Positions 1 through 11,423 of a DNA stretch of 54,480 nt are shown piece by piece. The notes beneath the pieces are model-generated. The model was not told the origin of the DNA. It saw only the letters and a list, made by a program, of their open reading frames with translations, and made no database searches. Location of the stretch: assembly GCA_051047955.1 (NCBI GenBank), contig JBPGPT010000032.1:124001-178480 (forward strand). The letters are read 5' to 3'. The stretch's first letter is position 1. The number at the start of each line of letters is the position of its first letter. The stretch is from Cystobasidiomycetes sp. EMM_F5 (lineage: Eukaryota). The translations under genes and the position numbers were made by a program.

Positions 1-1238
1 CAGACGGAGGTAAGAGTGCTACCTACTCTGGACGGCTACGGGCGCTTGTATGATGTAGGCAACAGCAAAGGGCCCGCAGAAGAGGGTTCGACGCTACCGG
101 GTAATCGAAAGCGTAAGAAGGAGAAATACTTCGAGACCCGCGACACTAAGACTGGCGAAGTGATACGCTACAATGCCGATGACGATGATCTGACTCTTGA
201 GGAGCTTCTCCGCCAGGAAAAGTTTGGCGGGGGATCAACGGATCAGAAGGACATGGACTATGAGGTCGCCAGCCGAATCGTTACAGACGCCAAATTCGAA
301 GACGATCTCGAGTACATGGATGATACCGCAGAACGCTTGGCACGGAAGAAGCAAAAGACAGAACAGCAAAAGAAGATGTTTGCCATCAATGACTTTGCCA
401 AAACTCGGAAAGCGCTTGAGTCTTGTCAATTCTGCTATCAGGACACAGATACTACGACAGTACCGCCCCAAGCAGCCATGGTCTGCCTCGGTACTCGTAC
501 ATATTTGTCACTACCGCAGTATGAGCCTCTGGTGGAGGGACATGCACTCATAGTCCCGTTGCAGCATCATCTGAGTATGCTCGAGGCAGACGACGATACC
601 TGGGACGAGGTCAAAGTAAGTCGTTCGAAAAGTCATGCCAGCGAAAGCTGATAAGAGCCGCTGCCTAGAATTACATGAAGACACTCATGCAAATGCATGC
701 AGCCGATGATCGCGGTGTGATCTTTTATGAGACTGTACTATCATTTAAAGGCCAGAGGCATACCTGCATTGAATGTGTCCCCGTACCATGGGAAATCTTC
801 GAAGAACTACCCGCGTACTTCAGGGAGGCCATCCTCACCTCCGAAGCAGAATGGTCACAGCACAAGAAGCTGATTGACTTTTCGAGTCGACCTGGCGGAT
901 TCCGTCGAGCGATGGTGTCGAATCTTCCGTATTTCATGGTGCAATGGGACTACAAAGGCGAGAAGGGTTTTGGACATGTCATTGAGGGAGCAGAGACTGC
1001 GACAGGGGCTGGAGATGGCTATGATTTTGATGAAGGTGCAAAAGGCGGAGGTGAATTTCCACGGTATTTCGCTGCGGAGATTATTGGGAATGTGATGGAG
1101 CTAGAACCGCGCAAGTGGCGAAAGCCACGCAGAATGGACCGCAAGCTCAACGAAGAGCGCATTAAGGAATTTAGGAAAAGATACGATGCATACGACTGGA
1201 CCAAGATGCTGGCGCATTCTTCTGAGATTGTAGCTTAG
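1..1238 (+). CDS. CWF19: Cwf19/CWF19L2-like spliceosome disassembly factor (CwfJ C-terminal domains), 5'-truncated by window edge
   Basis: Frame open from base 1; intron 616-668 (gtaagt..gctgat..tag) joins DEVK to NYMK; CQFC zinc motif, GHALIVPLQHH, HTCIECVPVP, EWSQHKKLID, FGHVIE and YDWTK are typical of CwfJ_C1/C2. Confidence 0.9.
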
Positions 1239-1773
1239 CAGTCAGTCGCAGTAAAGCGCTTGAATCTTCAACAAGTCGACAATGTCACACGTCTCCAAAT
1301 CTGTCCTCGAAATGCTTGCAGCTGAACAGCCACAACGAGATGAGAAAGGCCTAGTATAATGAAACAACATGTTTTTTTGCAAATTTCCTTGGATGTTTCC
1401 AATTGCGCCCATTTGATTTGATGATATCGATACATGTGGCAAGGCTGCCATGCCCACTATCACTGCGAATTGTGAAAGGCCGAAATTGCAGACTTCAACG
1501 AAAAGTATGAATGCTTGTCGAACCGAGCTGCGAAGAGTGCTGCCGAATGCGGTGTTGATCGGAGCGACCATTGCTCGGATCTGAGATAAGTTTGCAGCGA
1601 ACTGAACTGACTTGAGCACTTGGATGATAGACGGAGGATGTTGTGCGGTGTGGAAATGCAGCATTAGGCACGTATTCAGATTCTTGCGAGAGCATGAGAG
1701 AGGGTACGCGATGGCGAAGTGGAGCGAGAGGCCCCGTCAAAGGGATGAAAGCTGCGTTGTCAACGTTCTAATT

Positions 1774-2568
1774 TCACGGCGTCTGCACCGGACGCCGAGT
1801 TGTCCTGTCGAAACGGGATATCCTCCGCATCTCGCCTTCCTTGCCTTCCACCCATTGTATCTCAAGTGTATCCGTTATGAGCAGCGTATTGTACTGCAGC
1901 AGCCCATTAGCCCTGTCATCTGACGATGATGATGCCAGCGACGCGCAGACGAAATGGGCAGCGAGGTATCCTTCTCTTCCTCCATTAGACGGCTGAGCCA
2001 CAGTGGGGCCCCATCTTAAAACACCATCGGCAGCATGTGCAAAGTACCGTCTCCGCAGGGCGATGAAATGCGAGCGGAGGTCGTCGTAGCCTAGACATTT
2101 CCCATCGACATATGCTTTGACTTTACGGGAGAAGATTTGCGAAAAGAGGAAGGAGAAGAAGGATTCGTTCCGGCAGAAGAGGAGGTCGGTAGTGACTGTC
2201 TTGTAGAAGCTGCATAATAACAGAGGCGGACAGTGCGGTTGTTGATTTGTCGGAGAGCGGTAGCCGTTAAATGGTGGTCACGTGCAAAGGCGATGAGCGT
2301 AGGACAGTACAACAAGTCAGCCGGCTGTGGAAATTTCGAATGAACAGCCACGACCAATGGACACTTACGAGTCAAGTGGTAGTACGCTGGGCTGCTTGTG
2401 AGGTGCTTGTAGCGAGTGTCCTGCGTGTTGTTGCTTGGTTGTTTGTCTTTGTGTCTCTGGTCCGGCACTTTCCGAGTCGCTGGCGCTGCTGCTGCAGAAG
2501 AAAGTCATATTTTAGCGACAATCCTCTACAGGAGACAGTCACGATGCTCACTAGTCGGATCCAAACAT
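1774..2568 (-). CDS. Hypothetical ~190 aa protein, possibly SnoaL/NTF2-like fold
   Basis: Exons 2568-2552, 2491-2369 and 2209-1774 total 576 nt in frame, with gtgagc and gtaagt donors and cag acceptors: MFGSDYSSASD...LDSFYKTVTTDLLF...QIFSRKVKAYVDGKCLGYDDLRSHFIALRRR...LEIQWVEGKEGEMRRISRFDRTTRRPVQTP; a further 57-nt in-frame intron is possible; fold is inference. Confidence 0.7.
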
Positions 2569-3826
2569 GGCTGTGAGCTGAATGTGGGTGCGCAGGTTGG
2601 GATGAGATGAAAACCTGGGCAGAAGGATGTTGCGCTTGGTGGGAAAGCGGCTAAGGGCCAACTGTCGACAAGTCACCCGAAACTCGGTGCTGCGTCCAAC
2701 GGTTCCAGGGTTCAGTGTGTACGTGTCCGGAGTGTCAGTTGTCGCTCATGAACAGCTGCTCGCTCGCTTGTTTGCTCTTTTTGCTTTCTCGGGCTCCGGA
2801 GCAAAGTTTCCTTCGGACCTCTGACCGGCTATTTCGTGCTATGGCTCGGAACAACGGGATATTCCGCGGAAGCAGAACACGTAAACAGCAAGGTGACTTG
2901 CTTTCCTCCTGTGCATAGTAGTTATGGCTAGCTGGCTTGTATTAGGAATGGCCGCCTAAATTTTACATCCCATTCTTCTATTCATCTCGTCTCCGGGATG
3001 TTCCAGTTTATTTCGGTACTGTAAATAGGGATCCAGGATTGGAAGCTACGGGAAGAGTGCAAGCTGCAGCTGCGTTGCTGAGGCTCGGAACACTGGTGGT
3101 TTTACTGTATGCTGAAGAACCTACGAATCGTATAGTCAATAGGCAAAATTTCAGCTAAAGGCATTGCCGACCTAGTATGTGAATCCCGGACAACGGTCAT
3201 CCGGGAGCCCACAACGCAAGTGTCAGCTGTGCGACGAAGCTTTCGCAGCCATAGTCATATGCCAGCTGCATTGAAAGCCACGACAAAGCAGTTGCAGAGA
3301 CCCAGCAATTGACCACTCGAACGCGTCAAAGAAAGTCTGGTCACGTGAACCTATTTACCGCGTCAGAGCTGCTGAACAGTTATCACTACCGCACAAGTGA
3401 GTATTCGGACCCACAGCGCTTCAGTAAGCATATTTGTGGTCACAAGGCCTGTCTGTTGTGCACAGAGCACACACATGCGTATATCAGCAGCACAAAGAGA
3501 TGCTTGTCTGCACGGCCATGGCCGTTAACGGTCACTCCGCGATATTCGCACGCCTCGTCCGAGATCAATTAGAGGCTCCGGACGCCACTCCGGAGTGTCT
3601 TGGCTGTGCTGCTAATGGTCAGCTGGCAAGCGTATGCGAACTTCGCTAGCCGTCAGCCTGGGGACATTGACATGGTCTTCCGCCGAGCGCATGTGGTCCG
3701 AAGCATGCGGCACTGCCATAAGTAGAGGTCACAAAGCCTGGAAAGCACTTTGTCGGTATGGCGCTGAGGTCCGTGTTGTTTTGCTGAAGCCGTGGAACTG
3801 GACTTTCTAACAAGTTTGTATATTCA

Positions 3827-4974
3827 TCAGTTGCTTGTAAAGTACCTGGAGAATGCCTTTCAGTACAGTACCCGCAACAGCCGCCAGCGATCCCGCTCAC
3901 CTATCCCCGAAATCCCCCAATCCTGGCATGATGTACTTTTTGTCATCAAGCGCGGGATCTACCCATGCGCTGATGACCTTGACCTTTTCGAATCTTTCGC
4001 ACACGTTCTTCAGGCCCTCTGGGCATGCAACAAGGTTTAAGAAGATGATGCGGTCCTCTTGTACGCCTTGCTCCAGTAGAACCTCGATGGCTTTAACAGC
4101 AGAACCGCCAGTGGCTGCAATGGCGGTTTCAGTGTCAGCCTGATGGTCGCGGATCTGCTGTCAGCGTGCAAGTTTTGCTCACCCAACATTGGATCCAGCA
4201 GTAGCACCCAGCGCTCGGCAATGTCATCAGGCATCTTTGAGTAAAAGCTATCAAACGTTGACGGTAACGAGGTCAGCATTCTAATTACGTGATCGCGGAA
4301 GGGTTGTGATATGGAGCGAGGAGTACACGTGGCACAGATGCTTCAGCTAGGAATGCATAGGCGGAACTCACAGTTTCGGTAAAGCTGTCTCCTCATCCTG
4401 GATGGTTGCCGGCCGCGAGACGGGAACAATGCGTCAGAGAAGTCCTTGTCGCTTCAGACGCAGATCACACCCTCTGAATGAGTATCTTGCCTATTCTGAC
4501 GGATCTGCAGCATTCGCGTAGGCCGGCTTCCATAGCCTCTCCGGCACGCATGACTAGTGAATGTATAGGAATCAGCCAACGAAAGAGCGATTGTACTGGC
4601 AAGATAAGCGCACTAGAGACTCCCGCAATCTTGCCGCAGAATCCGACACCATTATACGCAGCTCCAGTCGGCGTTTCAACAGACTTATCGACGACCGGCA
4701 AGTGATTGAGGCCTTCTTCGACGAGCAGTCTGATGATACGGTCACTGTAGAAGATGAATGCTCCTCTCTGTGTCGTCCTGTCTCGCACTATGGTAAGCAA
4801 GGCGTCCAGTTGACTTGTTTGCCGTAGAGTGTAGGAATTGCTGGGCAGGGACGACGTTGGCACTTTTTGCTTGACTTCTGTTCCGTTGCCCAGGGTCAGC
4901 GAGCTTGTCGGCACGCTGTTTATCGTGTGCATCGTGTTACTGCGACTTGTTCTGCCTTGCAGAGGCTCACTCAT
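3827..4974 (-). CDS. FUR1: Uracil phosphoribosyltransferase
   Basis: FIFYSDRIIRLLVEEGLNHLP, RAGEAMEAGLRECCRSVRIGKILIQR, 26-nt microexon DEETALPKL (4372-4397), VLLLDPML/ATGGSA PRPP loop, YIMPGLGDFGDRYF; start may be 4932 or 4974. Confidence 0.95.
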
Positions 4975-5200
4975 TGCTTGCAATGAAAGCAGCAGGAATC
5001 CTGTCTGTGGTGCCTGAGACTATCGCTTCGTGTAATCGAGTTCCCGACTCACGCGATAGCGTCGGTATACTATTCGACTGGGGCCAATACAGAACCGACA
5101 CATCTCGTCAAAAGCTACTGCCAAACACTGCTACTTGCGACCTCCCTTATCCCCCTCATCTGACGTAATCATCTCCGCTTGAACCAAATGTCGCCAGCGA

Positions 5201-6152
5201 CTACGAGAATATGGCGCTCATTTGGGCGGATCCTCCTCCCGGACCTTCTCGTACCCTTCTTGTCGGTACGAAGCCTTCGCTCACTGCGCGGCTTGCGGAA
5301 TCTGTCGCGTTAACAATCTGTCAAAATGCGCTTCTCTGTACAAGGCTGACAGGACGCCGTACTTTGGGATGCATCACGAGGTGCTGCCGGAGCCGAGCTT
5401 GTCACAGAGACGTCGGCATCGTCGGAACCGAACAGGGCTTGAATGTTCGCAGATCCGCCGCCTTCCAAGCATCAGGAATTAGTGGAATCAAAACAGATCG
5501 TAAGTGGTCCTTGATACCTACCAATAGGTTCTCGCACTCGGCGCGTAGGCACGAAGCCCTCTATTGGCGACACCATCAATGGGCCTTTGTTGTCAACGTC
5601 GAGGTGCGCTGACTCTGTTTCAGCCAGTGTGGACTGTTGTTGATCAGCGGAGGGAGCGGTTGTCGCATCTAGTATAGAAGTAGGTGCTACTGCAGATGCT
5701 GTCGATGCAATAGAGCATATTTTATCAAAATTAGCTCTTTCTGTGCGATTCAGGCACTATTGCTCACGAGCATTGTTGTCAAGCTGGCCAATTTGTGCAT
5801 ACTTTGGCAGCAGTCGCAGCTCCGTTAGATTCGGGTCAACTTCGACGTTGAGCGTCTTGAGCCATAACATGAGGCCTTCCAGCGTAATAGCTACTGTCGT
5901 TGTTTCGACGTTCATCAAGCCCAGTTCACCCTTCCATTGACGCGGGTCGTCTGACAGCTTGCGTGGTGTGAATGCCAGCGCTTTGCTAGACATGCTTATA
6001 TGCACAGAGTCTGCCTGTTGCTGGCCAATGTGTTGGAGTCTGAGCGTGTTTTGCTCACTGTTTACACGGTACGCGTGGGTTTGGAATGATCGTATGTCCT
6101 GAGGTCGGCAGCAGAAGCAGCGGCTTGTACTTCGTTGTACTTCGAACAACAT
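5201..6152 (-). CDS. Spliced hypothetical protein with two GFVPTRRVRExxGGGS repeats (Jupiter/HN1/SPIRAL1-like motif); start codon uncertain
   Basis: Exons join in frame across canonical introns: LLLLPTSGHTIIPNPRVPCK|HKALAFTP...QLDNNA|PSAVAP...EGFVPTRRVREPI|GGGSANIQALFG...|SASRAVSEGFVPTRRVREGPGGGSAQMSAIFS*. Confidence 0.7.
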
Positions 6153-6644
6153 GTATTCAGTGCTGCCACGGCGTCGGTCACTAACCCTGTTCAGCTAGAG
6201 CCTGCTCCAAGCACACCAAGCTTTTGCTTCTGTGCACATGGATGACACCGAGTCCTGCGCATGCCTGCGCGACTGACTACGCGTCAACTAAGATCTGACT
6301 ATCCGCTAACGACACAGCGCTGACTAGCGATCCGTATGACTTCCATGTTCGCAGTACTGAGCAATTGCTGCGGAGCCCGCTTGGCATCCGAGCTGCTCAA
6401 AGGAGATTTAGCGCATGAGAGACCACTCCCTAGCGAAAGAGCAAAGTGGCAGCAGACTCCGTAGGCTCTGCACTACCCGGTGCAGACGCTCCGCGCCTCC
6501 AAAAGCTCTATAAAATTGAAGAGACCTGGGCAATTGCAGACTCTCCTCCCTCTCCCTCTCCGCACTCCTCACCTCCACGGTCTTCAATCCCACCTGTACA
6601 TCTTTTCTGTTCAATCCGTCCTCTTTACATCCGTCACCTTCAAC

Positions 6645-7635
6645 ATGCCGAGCATCGACGGCACTAGAGCATGGCTAGAGACGGCAACAACACTCAAGGT
6701 ACCGGAATTCAAGCTTGCGTCTGACAGCAATTCAGCATCAAGCTACATCGCTGCTCGACCCGGCGAGGCGTTCTGCTTGAGATACGACCACGTTCCAGTC
6801 GAAGGCTTTGATCTAGCTTGGAAGCTTAGCATCGTTTGTGACGATCAGAGCAAGCCCGTCGAGCAGTGGGGCGGGTGAGTCGTGCCATACCGCACCACAA
6901 CCGTTCTGTGCTGACGAGAAAAGTCGTACATGCAGCCCGCCCCTCGAGATGCGCAAGTCACGCGGTACAGTCAAAGTCCGAGCAATGAGGATGTCGGAAG
7001 ACGGCACTCAGTTTCGGGCTTTCGCCTGGACCGATGACACACTGAACGAGGCTGCACTGAGCGGTACTATCACATTATCGTTGCATTTGTGTCACTTTGC
7101 AGAAGCTACGGCCGATATCCCATCAGCGACGCGTAGCACGGTCGAAGTCGCGGACAAGCCGCATGCTCTGTTAGCTCCCGCTGTGACGAAACCTACAGCG
7201 AGCAAATTGTGGACCTGGTACTGGAGAGATGAACAGCCTCAGCTTACGTTCAAGTTCACTTACGGACCCAAAGAGAAGCTTCAGGCCCAGGGGATTATTC
7301 CTATCAGTACGGTCGACAAAAGTATGTGCCCACGTCTTCGCCAAGTCGACTACAGCTGACGGGCACGATTTGCTCACTCAGTAGTGCAGACTCCGGCATC
7401 GCAAAACCTAGCTTTATCCAAGACGGTCGCAAATCACGCCAAAGTGGTTTTTGGTCACAAACCGCGCATCTCGAGCGGCGCTTTGATGGGCGTTCCGCCG
7501 CGAGAGCTCATCAAGCATCAGCAGAAAATACGCATGTCAGACATGTGGCGAAAGCGTGGACTCAGCACAAGCTCGACCGAAAGCGATGTCAGCAGTGACG
7601 CAGAGCAGCAAGGTGTTTCCTACCTCCACGACTGA
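6645..7635 (+). CDS. Hypothetical fungal protein (DUF7918-like pattern)
   Basis: Three exons (introns about 6875-6936 and 7322-7381); SYIAARPGEAFCLR, GTITLSL and LTFKFTYGPKEKLQAQGIIP resemble a widespread fungal beta-rich domain; family name tentative. Confidence 0.65.
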
Positions 7636-8537
7636 ACTGGCAGTGATAACACTCGTCGGACGCTAGTTATTTGCGTTGTGCTTTCTGAACCTGCTTGCTG
7701 TGTTTTATTGCTCGACGGCTTGCTATTGCTCGACAGCCTGCGCAAAGTCTTCTGTTCGTCTGCGTCGGCTGCATGGTGCTTACAACCTTTACCCCGCATT
7801 CCCCCTCTTCTGGTCAGGACGCAAACGGACCTCAAAGGATGACCAACACAAAACACAAGCACAGGCTTGGTAAAGACTTGCGTATTGGTCAACGCTGACC
7901 CCTGCTCTGGCTTCAATAGCACCCATTCCGCGGCATGACCGTCTGCGGCTTTTCATCAGCATCATCATCAAAAGCTGCCGCCGTTGCAGCTTCCAGCTGA
8001 CTCCAATGCCGTTCCGTCAGAGTCGCACAGTAGTTGAATGGATAACCTTATTCCACAGGGTCCCGACAAACACTGTCGGACGACTTCTCGCGGGCATGTG
8101 AAACCCCCACACTTTGATGGCTGTAAACGATGGGTCCTGCGAAGATGCTAGTCTTCGAATATCGCTGAGTCTCAGTGGCTGCGAGTTGGTCAAGTAACAG
8201 ACTTGCTCGGCTGCAGTGTTAGCATAACTTGTATCCGCTGGCCCACGGAACGACACCCGTGTATATCTCACTCTGTCGAAACTACGGACATTCGCAGATC
8301 GACATCTAACTGCCCGACAGAATCCGCCTTCAAGGTTTTCTGGTTTGACGTATTGACGAGGACAGTCTTTCCGCCATCAAAACTCCCGCTGCCCATCTCT
8401 TGTCCTCGTCAACACCACGAGAGTCACCATACAGGCTCTCCATATCCTAGGCGTACCGCAAATCATCTATGGACCGCATTTGACCTGCTCATCTTCGGAT
8501 TCGTTGCCTGCTGTGATTGTCTCAAGCGCAATCGACA

Positions 8538-10663
8538 ATGGGCTCAGATGGCAAACTCGTGGTCCTCGTATATGAGGGTCAACGTTCGCTTGTACCTCAT
8601 ACGGACAGCATAGAGGTATATTTCTACTCCATGTACATGGGTGTGGGCCAACCTGTGATGACTGCGTATTTAGGCAGCACAAGAACTCGCTGTGCAGACT
8701 TTCAGACTTGCAGAGCACGGTGTCTCTGCCCATGAAATCGCCTTCTTCGTAGAGTCAGGAGAGTATGGGAACGCAAGAGTCACTTCACCATCCTGGAAGC
8801 ACCTTCCAACACCGTTGTCTCTGCAACTTGTCATCCTACCACGGAACCGCGCTAATGGTCCGCAGCCCGCTTCAATGCATCCCCTCTCGAGGCACCTTCG
8901 CGTAACGAGCAGCTCAACCAGCGTGCGAGACATTGACGCATGGAGACGTGGTGAGCGAGGCTACAGCCAGCAGCCGCTTCAAGCAGACTATCATGTGCCT
9001 TTGGTGCCGTCGGCGAACGAGGGTCAGTTGGGTCTGTGCACAAATCCGGCTCACCAACTGATGAATCACTTTGCTACTCATGTCTTTAGGGCAAATCGTT
9101 TCGCATCTGCCGTCTCCGCCAGATTCTGTACAATCTGATGAGATCCAATATCACGGCTTTCAATTACAGCCATCCCCAAATCTGCCCGTTCGTAGAGTCA
9201 GCAAAGCATGCTTTCCGGAACAGTCACAGGCACGTTTCCCTGAAACACCTTCGAATACATCTCAAAAGCAAGCTCTTCGACGTCTGGATTGGATTATCGG
9301 TGTTGACGATCGTCGCGAAACGCTCACATACGACCCCGGATTATCGAGCCCCCAAGACCACAGGTACTTTGAAAATTCGAGGAGCATTGCTACCCCGGTG
9401 CAGTCCTCACCCATGACAGACCCGCAACACCAAAATTTCCAGCATACACCGGTGCAAGTTCAGTATACCTCCAAACCACTGCCGGCTATGTTCGAAAAGT
9501 CCGGAAATGCTTCTGACGTACAGGTGTGTCTCGCGCGAGTCATAGGGTCGTATTCTAACTCGCAACTGACCGAGATGACAGAACCCTCGGACTGTAAGCT
9601 CCAATACTATCGACACGCAGGGTATGTAGGGAGTCTTGATCAAGCATTAATATGATACGCTTCCTGCTGACATATTAAGCATATCATCTAGGCACCGTGA
9701 CACACGCGCTCCGCCATCAACCATCTCGTCGATCGCTGAAGAAGAAGGCATCTGCGCCGAATCTTACTGCTTCAGCAGTACCTGTTCTCTTTTCGCAGCA
9801 TCATGCCGCCGGAAGCACTCCCGAAGCACCTGCCTCAAGTCAGGTATTACACTCCAGAACATCAGGTCTGCACCAGCTTCCCTCGCTACCCCCACTGCAA
9901 TCTCCCTTTGGTACAGATGGGTCCTTTATAAGCAATAGCAGCCTTGCTCGCCGCACGAAATCATCATTGGCCATCAGTATGTTCACACTTTCCTTGCACC
10001 CATTTGTTAGCTTAGTACTTAGCTGCATTCGTCTGCTCGCTTTCAGACTCTGCCTTGATAATGCCGCCCTCTACTGCAATTGGAGCTGCGTCTCATCGGG
10101 ATTCGCCGACACGGATGACGACCTGGCTGAACTCTCCACCGACAGCGAGTATATCGCTTTCTTCCAGCGGCTCGCTGCGATCGCCAGCACGTCGATCCAG
10201 TCTGCCATCACTAGGCCTCGACCTAGGTAGTAGCGTCAGTCAGCACTCCGCACCTCAGGGTATGCCTTTTGACGCTATACAACACTCGGGCAACCGCTCA
10301 GCGTCTTGCTACAATCTGTCGGAGCGGTATATGACCGTTCGTCCAGAATCTCCTCAAACCCCGCCCATCCGCAGCAGATCTCGCGAGCTACCTTTGCAGC
10401 GCTCGGGCGTGATGCCGCAAATGCAGCGCGGACTGAACTCGTCTTCATCCTCAGAAAATTTGCGCCAGGGATTTAACGAAAAGCCCAACATTTATAATCA
10501 CTCTTTGCAGTCGACCATACTCTACCCGCCGACAACGCTTGGAACTCGGACTAGAACGCCTCCACAGATGCATCAGAACGCCAGTACGCATCATCGTCCG
10601 AACGCGAGCTTCACCGGGGAGCACCACGTCTTGAAGAGAGTAAAAGAGAGTATCGTGAGCTGA
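8538..10663 (+). CDS. Hypothetical protein: small folded N-terminal domain plus long Ser/Pro/Gln-rich disordered region
   Basis: MGSDGKLVVLVYEGQRSLVPHTDSIE|AAQELAVQTFRLAEHGVSAHEIAFFVESGEYGNARVTSPSW joined by intron 8616-8673; intron 9023-9089 and further introns near 9524, 9622 and 9977 keep frame to the stop at 10663. Confidence 0.65.
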
Positions 10664-11051
10664 GCAGGGTGAGAGGCGTATCTTGGATGGTAGTCAACGG
10701 AAAAAGGGCTGCCTGCTGGTTATTAATATATCATTCCTGTTAAACAGCTTATATTGGAACGTCGACTGTTATCTGTTCATTGTTCTGACCAGGATGAATA
10801 GATTTGCAACTTGTCTAGAGTGGCGACGAGAAGCCTACAACGGGATCGCTATCGCATATGCCGTCACAGCCCTGATAACGACTCCCGACGGATACCGCCA
10901 GCTGATGAAGGATGACATGGATTTGCAGAATTTTCGTTGCAGCACATCCTGCCAAGGCAGCACCTTCTGATGCGAAAGGCTTGGTTAAGAGTCTAGCCAG
11001 CGTATTCGATGATCGCCTCGGGAAAAATTGCAAAAAAGGTACGAACACCGT

Positions 11052-11178
11052 CTATCAAAATGCCGGTCTGGACCGAGTTGCGGAGACGAGACTATCGCGA
11101 GCGATCACCTGATAGCCGGAAGCGCGTGCAGTCGATAGATAGCGCGGAATCTTTCGGTTAAAAATGCGGGGTCTATCA
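11052..11178. promoter_or_regulatory. Cluster of six HGATAR (GATA-factor) sites upstream of the amino acid permease
   Basis: ctatca 11052, ctatcg 11092, tgatag 11110, cgatag 11133, agatag 11137, ctatca 11173; additional tgataa at 11321. Confidence 0.45.
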
Positions 11179-11423
11179 TCAGAAGCTAGGGCAAGGAAGC
11201 AAGATCTAGGGAGAAAAAAGGAAAAACCTCCTTGCAGCATCTTTTAGCATTTTCTCTCCAGCTTTTCGTATCCTCCTTCTTGTCTCATCTATCGGTGTTG
11301 ATCGCTCCCTCTTCATCGGCTGATAAGGCCACGGGTTCGCTCATCTGTTGGACGAAGTTTTCATCTCGCCTTGCTTCCTCCTCTGACAACGAAATACGAG
11401 AGTGGTACAACTCGTTTGTCAAC

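Noticed and set aside
1242..1770. ORFs between CWF19 and the small minus-strand gene
   Set aside because: No protein-like features; likely convergent 3' UTR region
5211..5612. 133-aa plus-strand ORF
   Set aside because: Antisense shadow of the spliced minus-strand repeat-containing gene
7706..7741. 18-bp tandem duplication tattgctcgacrgcytgc x2
   Set aside because: Only two adjacent copies with no spacers; not CRISPR-like or a terminal repeat
7870..7919. Good-looking plus-strand intron (gtaaag..gctgac..tag) with a short spliced ORF
   Set aside because: No recognisable protein; may be a 5' UTR intron or uORF of the 8538 gene but cannot be supported
8017..8400. Minus-strand intron-like signal (gtgaga..gctaac..cag, 8271-8211) with flanking short ORFs
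   Set aside because: Spliced products lack recognisable features; could be antisense transcription or chance
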